Shown: positions 1 through 13,613 of the stretch, in pieces
How positions within the stretch are numbered: position 1 is the stretch's first letter
Layout of the letters: each line of letters opens with the position of its first letter
From: Antedon mediterranea
Lineage: Eukaryota; Animalia; Echinodermata
DNA: 64,000 bases
Direction of reading: 5' to 3'
Assembly: GCF_964355755.1 (NCBI RefSeq)
Contig: NC_092676.1
Location: 19,982,871-20,046,870, forward strand
Position numbers and translations under genes: made by a program
The notes under the pieces: model-generated
Told to the model about the DNA's origin: nothing
What the model saw: only the letters and a program-made list of their open reading frames with translations
The model's database searches: none

Positions 1-1995
1 AATAGACCCAGAAAGATATGATAAATAACTTGTTTCATTCTTTCATTGCCTAGAGCTAATTATTGTTGGGAAAAATTATATAAACAGAAGATCTGATTTA
101 ATACTATAAAACATAGTTCATGGACTATACCATTTGTGGAGAGGGGTGTTCAATGAAAGTTCTACTTTTTTAGTTATATCTTGCTTTTGGAGGAGAAAGG
201 CTATTGTCAGTTTATCCAGGTAAGCTAGGCACAAAATAGACAAAGCTTTCAAATAAAATCATGTGACGTTGTCTTTGAGTGTTATATCTTGATAAACCGA
301 CAATCTTTCTCTTATTAAACAGTAGGTTAAAATATGAATAAAAATAATAATAATGGTATAGTCCATGAATTCCACCCTCAAGTGGATACTTCCAAACATA
401 CCATCCATAGCCGTTTTAATCAAACAGATACCACTTAAACATACAGTATATTACTGTATGTTTCGCAGCCATTACAAAGATACTGTACAACACTGTAAAA
501 TAACATACTGTAGTGGTAAATTCTTAAAGAGCTATTTGTTAACTGTATTATACAATATATTACTTGCACTAATAATATGAAACCAAAAGTTACAAAAAAC
601 ATAAATAAAATAAAAATATTATTATATTCACAACTAATAAATTAGTGTGACAGTTGAGAAAAAAACACTGTAGTTACTCAATATATATATCATACTGTAT
701 GTATTATCCAATAATATTGACATTTTTGTATAAAATCATATCATCATATCAAAAAGATTCCCGTATCTATATTGTACAGTGATCATATGCAAACTCTGTT
801 ATATACAAAACATGTTAACATGTGACACCTGTATTATATATTAGGCCATAAGCCTAACTGAAACTTAACATGTTACAGGCACCACATGTGATGTGACACA
901 GTATATAGAATCTGCCTATGATACTGTACAATGCCATATATGGAGATACAGTACAGAGAATCTGGTGTTCAAAACTATATTTTCCACTAAAACATTCATG
1001 ACAATGGCTCGTGCGTTTAAAATCATATTTTCCCTTTTCAAAATCATTTCGGTTCTATTACTCTCCTATATTCAATAAATCAATTTTGTTTTGTGAAAAG
1101 TGAGACAAACACAATTGCAAGCGACGACAAAAACAAACCGCTGTATGACAGGCCAACAATGATTCATAACACATCAGAAATATTTATTATCATAATACAT
1201 TTTAAATTTATCTAATTATGAGCAGATTAAATTTCCTTAAAACATGGCAGTATTCGTTTTCAAATTAATTGCGTATGATTTAATTTTGCTAGCATTAAGT
1301 GAACAATTCACTTAGTAACTAATGGCGAAAAACCAAACAATGGACAGTCAGTTTTCTCCCGATAACGGTTTCTTCTTTTGCGTAAATTATCAATTGAATC
1401 ATTTTTCTGGCTCTCAGCCAATGAACACAGTCGTGGGTTTTGATCAATGGGAACATTTTCTATGACTGTATTGTGTAAATCTTTTACAAAAATATTGTAA
1501 ATTAACTGTTTATATTATTGCGGTATGCAAGTTGAAAATAGTCGCGTAATAAAAACATTAAATGAATACAGAGAATGTAAAAAAATTATTTAGTGTGAAC
1601 CAAATACAGTGAAAAATTAACATAATGGTAATTCTCTTTTTTCTGTGGTCATTACATTCCGAGCGTTAATTTGATACAAGTAATTTGTATCAAAAAGATC
1701 CACAGTGCAATCGCCAGAGGCTATCTTCTGCTATATAATCATATTCTTTATGTTTCCAGTTTAGTAAAGCTTAAATAAAATAATTTCAGATTCACCTATA
1801 CTTCACAGATTCCATGACAGATTTGATTTCTTGTTAAATTTTTAATATTTTTTTACTTAAGTTCTTTTGATGCATCTGTTTTTGAGATGTAATATTTTCT
1901 TACTAATGTTTATCATGGGTTTTTATGGTTTTTGGTAATTTCTAGTGATCTAATAATGGTTCACAATTTTTCTCTACTTTTTCTTCTGAACTTAC

Positions 1996-2074
1996 GTCAC
2001 ACACAAAGAAATGACGACGAATGGTATTTCCAAGAAGTCTAAGTATCTCCCGCAAGAAATTCATTACTATTCAT
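1996..2074 (-). CDS. Candidate first coding exon of an unidentified gene running off the left edge (ATG at 2064: MNFLREILRLLGNTIRRHFFVCD)
   Basis: Acceptor ttatttcacag, donor GAC|gtaagt; 23 open codons ending in phase 0; no recognisable homology. Confidence 0.45.
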
Positions 2075-2502
2075 CTGTGAAATAACCTGTATCTCAGCGC
2101 ATTACTTTAAAAGAAAATCTACACTTGATGTTAATACAGTCGAAAGTGTGAACATTAGTGGTGACCTGTATTTATGACGCGTGACATGCAGACATGGACG
2201 ACGTCTATAAAGCAAGAGACCGCCATCTTCAAGTCATTCATATTCAGAATGCCACCTAACGATTCCTCAATTGCGCATCACACACATTAGGAAAGATTGA
2301 AATGACTGAATAATTAATTTTAATTAAAAATAAACATTTTCTTGAATCACTTTAGATAACTGTATACATTCAATTAAAATCTATAATTAATGGTGTAGTC
2401 CCAAGGTGCATGAAAACAGATTGCAACAGTGTTTACTACACACATTCAACGGATATGTGGTCACGACACAAATCTAGAACATATTGAATTTCTCATCTGT
2501 AA

Positions 2503-2649
2503 AGCTCTGTCTACACTTTCAAACTTTATTTGACAACAAAATGTGATGTGCCCATATATGGTGTCACATCACTACCATATTTGGGCATATCACTACCAAA
2601 CTTGGTCACATTTTTTTGTCACATAAAGTTTGATAGGGTAGACAGAGCT
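2503..2649. mobile_element. PIF/Harbinger-type MITE, family B (about 150 bp)
   Basis: TIR AGCTCTGTCTACAC...GTAGACAGAGCT with TAA on both sides. Further copies at about 3620-3730, 13463-13613, 37520-37679, 37783-37942, 44924-45045, and split at 55116-56405. Confidence 0.85.
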
Positions 2650-2712
2650 TAAGCATACTAGTATCAAGTTTTAATTATAAAAAACAATATGGAAAATGTG
2701 GTTTCATTTATT

Positions 2713-3542
2713 GGGCCTGTTTCTGCTGCAACTGCTCAAAATACAGTATAAAAATACGGTATTTTTTATACCATATTTTTTAGTACCCCGTTTCTGCTAA
2801 CAATACTTCTTGGGTGGTCGTGTTAAATTTCATCCTTTTTACCCAAATTGCCATTCATTTATTTGGTCGATAATTAAAAATAAAAGAAGTTTTACGTCTC
2901 ACTTTCAACAGCCTAGCCCTAGTGATAGAGATGTTGTGAGAGCACAGAAAACATCGTAATGGGGACAAGTAATTCGTTCCCTCCCTGAGTTTTTGTCTTT
3001 TGCAATGTTGTACTGCTTTCGCAGGCTCTTCAGCTTTGAATTTACTTGCTTTGGAGACAAGTCTATTCCGTACTCCTGCTTTATTTTTTTAAAGAAATGT
3101 CTTTATAAATGTGGTTGTCCCTTTTATTACCTTTTAGTTGGTCGGACATTTTAGCTTCCCCATCCCCTCCTTCCCCACACAGATTTATATAGTAAATACT
3201 GTGACTTCGCTCCACATTTTCGCCAAATATATCTATACACGTGTGTAAAACAGCTGACAGCGACAGAAAATAAAAACACCATGTTGACCTCATGTCACAG
3301 GTAAAAAAAATACGGTATTTTTTATTGGCAGCAGAAAAGGGTACAAAAAATACAGTATAAATTTGTAAATACCGTATTTTATCCACAAATTTTGTGGGGA
3401 AAATATGGTATACAAAATACGGTATTTTTTTTATGAGCGCAGTTTCTGCTGCCAAAAAAATATGGTATATATACGGTATATATACGGTATTCAAAAAATA
3501 CCGTATAAAATACGGTATTTTCTTGGCAGCAGAAACAGGGCC
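2713..3542. mobile_element. PHIS (Harbinger-related) non-autonomous element, family A
   Basis: Ends GGGCCTGTTTCTGCTGC and GGCAGCAGAAACAGGGCC, ATT on both flanks; many subterminal TACGGTAT/ATACCGTA motifs. Confidence 0.75.
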
Positions 3543-4557
3543 ATTGTTCAATTATTAAATTCACTTGATTTAAAGGTACAAGAGCTTTGATATCCAGAAG
3601 TAAGAGTAGACACCAAAATTGTTGCATGTATTGTGATGTCATATCACTACCATATTTGGATTATCACTACCATATTTGGGCACATCACACTTTTTTTGTC
3701 AAACTAGTTTGAAAGTGTAGCCAGAATTAAAGAATGGGTATTGCTATTGTTATATCATGAGCCGTACATTCTCCTATTAACAATTGAATTTAATAGTTTT
3801 TTGGCAAATTTTGTTGTGTGGCCAGAATCAGAGAGCCACCTATTTACATGGCCTAGTCTTCAACATTGGATTCAACATGGAAGCAATGGATTAATTGAAT
3901 AAAAGATAACTTTACAATACCAGGTGTGTTATAAAACTAACAATGAATATTTTACATTTGTTGTGGAAAATATTTGTTAAGCCTATTGTTGAATAGAGCT
4001 TGTGAAAATGATCTCCTCATTCAATGAGTAAACATTATTTGTATAATACATAATCACAATATTATCTATTGTATTCAAGTTTTTGAGTCAACTTTTACAC
4101 TCAACAATCGGCCAAGCATCTTCAAATTGCAATGATTCGTAGAAATGCTGAAGTCAGCACTTGTCATAACTTGATGAATTAGGAGTGAGTGGGTGCATTA
4201 CGTCAAAATATTATTTTAAACACAATTACTATACAGTAGGTGGATATGCAACATCTCATTGGTCAATTCTCTTCATATACGTAAAACTTTTATACATAAA
4301 TGAATGAAAAAATTCATGTAAAATTGTTTTGAAAATTGGAAAATTTAATATAGACATTTATTGTTCAATTTGTTCAAAGACATATATTAAAAATTGTGTT
4401 TTATCTTCTTAGGAACATGTGGCCAAGGATTACCAATATTACAATTTAGAAGTAGATGTTCAGAATCACTATCATCCCTTAACATGCTTGAGCTCTTGTA
4501 CTGACATTAACACCTTTTTGCTTAAGTCAAGATAGTTGTGCCTATCTTTTTTCTTAA

Positions 4558-5663
4558 AATGGACCTGAAATGGATTTTCGATTTTCAAGAAATTCACACA
4601 TGTTATTTAAATGTATCAAATTAACACAAACCCATACAAATAAAAACAAAATGTATAGTATTTTGAGTGAAAACGAAATTTTAAGATATCATGGCAAATT
4701 AGCGAAAATTACTCACGCCATTGCAATATTCTATTTCAACGGCCGTCGGAAGCCTCTATATTCACGACGTCACATATACACACGATGATATCGAGAGCGT
4801 GTATGCCGCCCGATAGTCAGTGAATAATCGACGGCCTGGAAAGATACCTGAAGCGTTGACACTAATACTAATTTATTCAATATCTAATGTTGTTGAAATA
4901 TAGGTCCCTAAAATGTACTTCGTTTGTTCTAAAACCCGAATTTAGAAGACCTACCTCCTAAACCTTTACTAGGCCTAGGCCCTCAATCCAGCGCGCGGAG
5001 TCGATCCACCACCCACATCATGCGGCGAGGCTCAGTTTTATGTGCATCCAAGGACCAAAGCAATATCAACAACTTGCAAAATATGAATAAAATTCGTTTT
5101 CGAACTGCCTGATTCGTGACAAATAAATTATCATCTCATATTACTAATTTAATTCTGCTAAACTAAAAACTAAAGAAACTAACACATTTTAGCAGTATAA
5201 ATTACGAACGATATACAAAATACACGAACGGAAAATATGGATACGCATCATTGCGCACGGAGCTGTATCCCGGACAACGTTGCCAGGCCAACTTCGGTAT
5301 TGCCAGAAAAAAAACGTTGATTTTAAGATTTTAAATCGTCATTTATACGATGAATAACCGTTTATACGGTAATAATTTTATTTAAAAAAATTCTAAATAC
5401 ATTTCTGCAAATGCACAAGCATTTTTTAGAAAATACTCCATAGATTTCAAGAGTTATAGTCAAAAAACTGCAAATTGTCCATTGGAGGGATAGGAATATA
5501 TTCGCAAAGTGACGTCACCCGCGAATGTTTTTGGTTTTCAAATGGGGCTTTCCCCAAAAGGGCCAATTTATATTTTGTAACAATATACATTCTAGCAACA
5601 CCTAATAGCCCCCAAAACATCATTCTAAAATGAAAAAAATCGAAAATCCATTTCAGGTCCAAT
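4558..5663. mobile_element. Kolobok-like non-autonomous DNA transposon (1.1 kb)
   Basis: About 28-bp TIR AATGGACCTGAAATGGATTTTCGATTTT with TTAA on both sides; purine-starting termini, unlike piggyBac. Confidence 0.8.
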
Positions 5664-5989
5664 TTAAGTGAAACTTTATTTGTCAAACCAATATATATAT
5701 TTTTATATATCTAGTGTGTATGAATTTCTATGATCTGCCAACAACGAATTATTTTCTTGTATGATCATGTTTTTGTCATGCAAGACCAATTTCTGTATTT
5801 TTATATTTTTAATTATAAAACAAATATAATACCTTTGTTAACTTAGTTAAGTTGACTGTGTCTTGCTCTGTTTGAACTTTAGCTTCAACAGACATAGTAG
5901 TTGGTTACACACACTTACAGTGGTAAACAACACCTACAAAAAAAAGTAGAGAGAAAACAAAATTGTAATATTCATCAATCTAATTTTTG

Positions 5990-6395
5990 GTTTTTATAAA
6001 AAATAAATGTCATAGAACTTCACATAAACCAACAGTGGTGTTAGTAGTCTATGAGCGCCACTTATACCTGGATAAACCAAAAATAGCCTATGCTTTCCTG
6101 AGGTATGTACTGATTGCCAAAAAAATACAAGGTGGACTGTACCATTTAGAGAGAGGGGTGTTCAATGAATTTTCTACTTTCGAGTATATCTCGCTCTTCG
6201 AGGAGAAATATGGCATTTGTCGGTTTATCCAGGTAAGCTAGGCACGTAATAGACTCAGCTAATTTTTAGTTATTTTTAGTTTTTATAAAAAATAATTGTC
6301 ATAGAACTTCACATAAACCAACAGTGGTGTCAGTAGTTTGTGAGTGCCACTTATACCTGGATAAACCAAAAATAGCCCATGCTTTCCTGAGGTAC
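5990..6395. mobile_element. Family C interspersed repeat (full copy plus tandem partial copy); Helentron/Helitron2-like architecture
   Basis: Inverted repeats TACCTGGATAAACC/GGTTTATCCAGGTA with an ACCA-N4-TGGT hairpin outside one arm. Other copies at about 122-241, 10690-10780, 12733-12915, 16295-16355 and 41567-41946. Superfamily assignment is inference. Confidence 0.65.
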
Positions 6396-7373
6396 TGATA
6401 TGCCAAAACCATAATTTAGTGAATAGAAATTCAAACAGTGGAAAAACTGCCATATGTTTTTAAATGAAAGGGAGATAGGATTCAATTCTAATGACTGAGT
6501 GTATAATTGTCTTATCTTTTTATTTCAATAAGAGAAACGGTATGTTTGTTAATACGTTTTTATTGCCGCCATCAATAGACAAGAATTTTAATAGTGGTTT
6601 ATTTATCTTTTTAATGATAAATTATATTAATTTAACGTTATCAGCAAATATGACACTAATGACAATAGACCTGATAAGAATCCTTTATTAATAAAATCAA
6701 TTAACAAAATAGTCCGGATACAAGATAACAGCTAGTCACGCAATGTTAATAATGAACGCATTCTTTAACAAATAAGAACCTTCCCAACAAAGTGTTTCAG
6801 TTGAGTTAATTAGTGCATAGAGATATTATAGTGAACTATCTTTATGTAAATACCAATTCATTCTTATAATACAAGATCTATACAGGGGCAGATGTGGAAG
6901 TTGTAATGCAAAAGATAGGACATCAAATTAAGCTCAGCCCTTCATTTCATCATTTTTAGGCCCTGGGCTCCCCTATTTAAAAATCCTGGATCCACTAACT
7001 GCAAAACATTGTTAAATATTAATGTTTGCTGTTTTAATATTAAAGTAAATTTATGTTTTGATATTTTTAACCATTTCTAAACGTTACCATTAAACAATGA
7101 TACATCAATAATTTACAACTTGCTTATAGCCAATATACTCAAATCAATTGGAGTGAAAATGTAAAAAAAAGTGGGTTTTTTGTTATTGAATATATAAAAT
7201 TATATTTATAATTTAGTCCAGTTGAATCCGGTTGCAAGGACGACAAGACTAGCGTTAGCATCAAATACATATTGGTAGTTTGTCATGTGATGTGTGGCTA
7301 ATTAACATACAAAGATAAACTAGGTTCATAACAGCATAGGTTACGTTTATTGATCACTACTAATAATATACTA

Positions 7374-7877
7374 CAGTAGAACCTGTGTTTTACGTACCCT
7401 GATTTTACGTTCCCTCGATTTTACGTACGCTTAAAATAACCGATGACGTCATCATTTTCTTACATTGAGGGCGCAATTTAACAACAACAAAGCACACAAA
7501 GCCACAATCATGGCTGTGTGAGGAATTCTGCTGTGTGTGGGGGACAAGCTACGCACGTGCATTCCCCTAAAGCAGCGACTGTTTTTATTGATAGAAAACA
7601 ATTATATTTTACACTTTATTTAAACATCGCACAGCCTGTATAACTGTACTTTTCTAGTTAGGCCTCACATCTTGCTAGGCCTGCTAGCCTAGCCTGAATA
7701 GCCTAGGCCTAGCTAAGCTAGTGACGCATACTGTACACAGTACAGAAGTAGGCAAATACGGCTAGCTACGATCTCTACGTATTTGGGGTCAAGTTAAGGT
7801 CAACCTTGATTTTACGAATCCTTTGTTTTACGTACGCCTTTCGGTCCCGTACCGTACGTAAAATGAAGGTTCTACTG
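7374..7877. mobile_element. Tc1/mariner (pogo/Tigger-like) MITE
   Basis: TA|CAGTAGAACCT...AGGTTCTACTG|TA; subterminal TTTTACGTAC repeats at both ends. Confidence 0.85.
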
Positions 7878-9378
7878 TACTGTGATATTCATATGGAAAC
7901 AAATTGTAGCATTGATAAAAATGATATATGACTGTCACTATGGAGAGTATAAGCATGGACTAGGATAAAAGCTCACTTCTAAATGATAGACTGAATGAAT
8001 TTCATGCAATAATATGGGCATCTGGGTATACTATTACGTAAATCTTGTGTTTTCACATATACAATTATACAGTGGATATTACCTAAATAGATTAGTAGAA
8101 CACTGAGTGATAAAAAATGAAATGCATAAATGATACCATTCTGTTTTCCATTCCATATGTATCTGCCAGAAATTATTAGTGGATGGTAAGATGATGTTTG
8201 CTTATCATTTAATACCTTTAATTAAAGAATAAATTATAAAATATAACAAATAATATTTATTTTGTTTTTATATATATTGTTTATATATATTTACAACAAA
8301 TAGGAAAGGAAATATGAAAAAATAAGCTTTATAATTATATTCTGTGAGATAAATTTATATTTTCTTTTAAAATTGGTAAAAATAAACATTGGAAAAATTT
8401 CAGTGAGGAAAACATTATTATTGTTGGTGGTCATTGTTAAATTTAATATACAGTAGTATTCCAATTGATGGCTAAAAATATTTTGTCTTTATTTTGATAG
8501 TTAATATGCGAATCTAAAAATACCTAAAGTGACCAAATAATACCACAGTATTGGTAAGGCCTACTGTATACAATATCAGTAAGTCTTAATTGTATTGAGA
8601 AAAATGAAATAAAAACATATGGAAAAGTATGAATAATTCCAATCCTACCTTTAAATAAGTTAGTAATAAAACCCATACCCACATAGATATCAAAATCTAA
8701 TCCTATACAAACTAGCGACATATATTAGGCCTACCATTAACTCCTTGCACTCATTAGCCACATCAATGGACAAAAAAAAAACATCAACTCGTATAATATC
8801 CGACGATGATGGAAAGCGTTTGCGGTCCAGAGAGTTAATAACGGTGATTAGGATATTTCAAACTCTCCCACATCATTAATGATATGGGTCCCATGTGAAT
8901 AGCAGCTATAGTAATAAAAAAATAAACAAATCCAAATTGTTCGTGATCACAAGATACGGTATAGTGTTTTCATCTTTGAGGTTTTTATTGTTATCTGTAG
9001 AGAAGTGTTTATACATTTTTGATCTTATTTAAATATAAATAGGGTAGTAAATTATTAAATATATTAGCAGGTAAATGAATGGTTTAAATAAATAATAATT
9101 TAAATTAAATTAAAAATAATTACACGAACGGATGAACAATTAATTTGTGGATAGCAAAGAGTTGTCATGAATGAAACTAGATCAGATTGATGGACAGATG
9201 GGTAGATATATGAATGGATGAATTGAAAAGAACAGCAGATACTGTACATACAACCACTCCATTGGGCCATACTAAGGCAAAACTTTCCTTAAGTGAGAAA
9301 ACATCTGTTTTGTGCACATGTGGAGATATTGGGACGTGTCCCAGCTCCTTAACTCGACACAGGTTTGATGGTTTCTAA

Positions 9379-10076
9379 GGGCCTGTTCGTAGGGGTTGAA
9401 AATACCAGCTTATTCCCGATTTCCGTTCGCGTGATCAAATTAACCTTTGCCTCAGGCTACAAAAAATTTGAGGCAAAATGTTCACCAAATTTGCAGGTTA
9501 TTTCAGCGATAATCCAATTATACTCGGCCTTCGAGGATAATAAATCTCCGATAGAGGCAATGTGTCAAATTTTGACAAACGTTCGCTGCCTAGGCCCGTC
9601 ATTTCTCCTACGAAGCTCTTCCATACACGCTTCGAGAGCGATCGTCAGCTGGTGCTGTCCTTGTTGGTGTAGACCGCTTAGTAGGCCTAGCTGGTCGGTG
9701 GTGTTTCGTGTAACATTGGGCTCAAATTCTTCGTCAAGGAGTAAAATAATGGTCGTCAGGAGAAGGCATATTTCGGCAGGATTATCGGCGTTAAGAGGCA
9801 TAAGGTTTGTCGCAAGGATAAGCAGTGTAAAAGGTAGCAAGTAATTGTTATTGTAAAGAAAGATCGCGAGTAAAAAATATACAACACGAAACTAGCGTGC
9901 GAAAATGGGGTCGTAGGTTGTAAAGACAACTGACCTTAAAACGTAATTTCCGGTTTGTGATTCGTCGATTAAGCAAATAAGTGGTTAAATATTTCAAGTA
10001 CGAACAACGCTCAATTTATAACCCGAGGCATGGGTGAAATTAAGCGCTTATTTTAACCACCGTACGAACACGACCC
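9379..10076. mobile_element. PIF/Harbinger-like deletion derivative, possibly with a transposase N-terminal remnant
   Basis: Imperfect TIR GGGCCTGTTCGTAGGGGTTGAAAATA versus TATTTTAACCACCGTACGAACACGACCC; CpG-rich interior; no clean TSD. Confidence 0.55.
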
Positions 10077-10811
10077 AGGTCCTGGTGACGACCAATAACA
10101 CATCGATTGATCTAGCTTCGTCGTCAATCCTTGGTCGTTGCAAATCAAAGCTCCATATTGTCAACTTTAGGAGACAACATTATAAAAATAGGTATTCTAC
10201 TATAGAGACCGCTCATTATGTAAAGCCCCTTATTTTCTCTAAATTGTTAAGTGTATTCATAATCTTATCTGCATGAACCCCATGTCATGTAATCTTAAAC
10301 TGACAGAGCTACAGTACATTTAAACTTAATCTCTTTAACTAACTCTGGCATTTATTAAATTAGTTTCACATCAAATTGAATTGATTAGGGCACAGCTCTA
10401 GGCTCAACAAACTCTTTCAATCCTACAATTATGAAAAACGCCCCTCTGACATAATCAATGTTTGACTGCACCATATTGGTAATAATTAAATCAATCATTG
10501 AAAGTTTATAAGTTTGGGCATCAATAAAGTGGATTGCTTGCCCTTGGACAAGTTGCCAATGTTGATCACCTGAAATTATTATTGGAAAACCTTTGTCATA
10601 CATTTTACAACTGTGCAATGGTGAAACGCTGTACCCGACTTTTATAATCCCACATGAGAGCGTGGCTAGCTCACAGACGATACCACTCTTTCCTAGGGAG
10701 TTATGGTACTTTTGTTTTTTACTCAGAAGAGAAAGACCAATTTCAGTTTATCTAGGTAGGCCTAAGCTAGGCACAAATTAACAATAGCCACTATAACAAC
10801 TACAGTAGTTC

Positions 10812-12276
10812 AAGGCGACACTCGTAATAAGGCGACACTCTTAATAAGGCAACACTCTTAATAAGGCGACACTCTTAATAAGGCGACACTCGTAATAAGG
10901 CGACACTTGTAATAAGGCGACACTCATAATAAATTGACACTCGTAATAAATTGACACTCGTAATAAGGCGACACTCGTAATAAGGCGACACTCGTAATAA
11001 GGCGACACTCGTAATAAGGCGACACTTGTAATAAGGCAACACTTGTAATAAGGCAACACTTGTAATAAGGCGACACTCGTAATAAGGCGACAATAGTAAT
11101 AAGGCCACATTCATAATAAGATGACACTCGTATAAATAAGGCAACACTCTTAATAAGGTGACACTCATAATAAATTGACACTCGTAATAAGGCAACACTC
11201 GTAATAAGGCAACACTCGTAATGAGGCAACACTCTTAATAAGACAACACTCGTAATAAGACGACACTTGTAATAAGACGACACTTGTAATAAGGCAACAC
11301 TCGTAATAAGGCAACACTCGTAATAAGGCAACACTCGTAATAAGGCAACACTCGTAATAAGGCAACACTCGTAATAAGGCAACACTCTTAATAAGGCGAC
11401 ACTCGTAATAAGGCCACATTCATAATAAGATGACACTCGTAATAAGGCAACACTTGTAATATAAGGCGACACTCGTAATAAGGCCAGTGCACTCATAATA
11501 AGATGACACTCGTAATAAGGCCACACTCATAATAAGGCCACACTCGTAATAAGATGACACTCGTAATAAGGCAACACTCGTAATAAGGCCACACTCGTAA
11601 TAAGATGACACTCCTCGTAATAAGGCAACACTCGTAATAAGGCGACACTCATAATAAAATGACACTCGTAATAAGGCAACACTCATAATAAGACGACACT
11701 TGTAATAAGGCCACATTCATAATAAGATGACACTCGTAATAAGGCAACACTCATAATAAGGCGACACTTGTAATAAGGCAACACTCGTAATAAGGCAACA
11801 CTCGTAATAAGGCAACACTCGTAATAAGACGACACTCGTAATAAGGCAACACTCATAATAAGATGACACTCATAATAAGGCGACACTCGTAAAAAGGCGA
11901 CACTCGTAAAAAGGCGACACTCGTAAAAAGGCGACACTCGTAAAAAGGCGACACTCGTAATAAGGCAATACTCGTAATAAAATGACACTCGTAATAAGGC
12001 AACACTCGTAATAAGGCAACACTCGTAATAAGGCAACACTCGTAATAAGGCAACACTCGTAATAAGGCAACACTCGTAATAAGGCAACACTCGTAATAAG
12101 GCAACACTCATAATAAGATGACACTCGTATTTATAAGACACTCGTAATAAGACGACACTCGTAATAAGGCGACACTCGTAATAAGGCGACACTCGTAATA
12201 AGGCGACACTCGTAATAAGAGGACACTCGTAATAAGGCGACACTCGTAATAAGGCGACACTCGTAATAAGGCGACA
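10812..12276. repeat. 18-bp minisatellite (CTCGTAATAAGGCRACAC)n, about 80 copies
   Basis: Directly visible; explains the YYEC/SVALL ORFs. Confidence 0.97.
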
Positions 12277-12423
12277 TGTTCTCATATAAATGTTGTTTTA
12301 GTTCAAACTAAAAATACATCTTTCTTCAAGATTATAAGTCAACTACAGAATCTAATCCATTTTTAAAACATCCATAATACTACACTACTGCATTTTCTAT
12401 AGTAACTCATGTTGTATACTTAC

Positions 12424-12481
12424 CGATAATATTCTAAAATGTTTAATGCAACATCATGGAATGTCACCTTACGATGTTCAT
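12424..12481 (-). other. Candidate 58-nt internal exon, probably 5'UTR of the leftward gene
   Basis: Acceptor tttgttttttcag and donor CG|gtaagt, both near consensus. Confidence 0.45.
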
Positions 12482-12732
12482 CTGAAAAAACAAAGTAACA
12501 GTATATTGTAGATTAAACAAGTATACCAGATTGCATGAGTTATATATACTATATTTAAATGACATGATGATTTTAAACAGAAACGTTCACTGACATTTAC
12601 ATTTTTCTATTTATGTTCAGATGCTGTTCCAATAATGATGTACATTTATCAGACACGTGTACAATAATAACATTGCTTTACTGTAAAGGGACCATGTTAA
12701 AAGTATTCTACTGCAGTTACTGCAGTAAACTA

Positions 12733-12915
12733 CACATAAACCAACAGTGGTGTTTATGAGTAGCCGTTACCTGGATAAAAAAGGTGGTTTGTGGGGACGC
12801 TTCAACTTGGTGGTAGACAGTACTATTTATGAATTTTCTGCTTTATCGAGTTATATCTTTCTCTTCAAGGAGGCTATTATCGGTTTATCCAGATAAGCTA
12901 GGCACAAAATAGACT
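12733..12915. mobile_element. Family C repeat copy
   Basis: cataaaccaacagtggtg...cggtttatccagataagctaggcacaaaatagact. Confidence 0.7.
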
Positions 12916-13462
12916 ATATTTTGTATGTATTATATAGAAAGCTTTTTTAAAATATTACATACTGTTTTAATTGTAATGGTACAATGTTATGAACTTCTAG
13001 AGAAGCAATAGTAGTTACTGCAGTAGCCTGTAAAATAATTTTGACAAGATCCCTAAGAAATTAAGACATTAAAACATGAAGAAAATCAAGTCGTTGAAAA
13101 ATTCTCTGCTAATTCATTAAATAATTTCAAGAAATATTTCAATTGATATGTCTGTCAATGTTTAAATGTCACACTGAAAAAATGCAATTTATCTATGTGC
13201 AATTGCATACAACATTGTGAATTGAAAAGGATTAAGTATTCAGAAAGAGAGACGATTACGTCAACCAATCATAGAAGAAAACCGCAGTTGGTTGTATGAC
13301 TCATATGAAGAATGTTACGATTAACATCATTGGCGATTTTAAATATGTGATTCATGACGTACGTACATTTGTAATGAATGGAATTATTAAATACTAACAT
13401 TAAGAACTAAAAAATAACACATTTAAACACATGAAAATAGTAAAAAAGATATATTATTCTAC

Positions 13463-13613
13463 AGCTCTATCTACACTATCAAACTAGTTTTACAAAAAAG
13501 GTATGTGCCTAAATATGGTAGTGATATGCTTAAATATGGTAGTGATATGACATCATCATGTCCATATATGGCCACGTCATTTTTTGTCCACATAATGTTT
13601 GATAGTGTAGACT
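13463..13613. mobile_element. Harbinger MITE family B copy
   Basis: agctctatctacactatcaaac...gtttgatagtgtagac with internal aaatatggtagtgatatg repeats. Confidence 0.8.

Noticed and set aside
8738-8838. TTAA-CTC...GAG-TTAA piggyBac-like mini element
   Set aside because: The inverted match is only a few bases beyond TTAA and there is no second copy in the window.
10812-12276. Possible CRISPR-like array or repeat-protein ORFs
   Set aside because: Head-to-tail monomers with no unique spacers, no cas genes, eukaryotic context.
12424-12481. KRAB-like peptide KVTFHDVAL in one frame of the 58-nt exon
   Set aside because: Only a short resemblance; it lacks the following F..EEW motif, and splicing to the next candidate exon gives an immediate stop.
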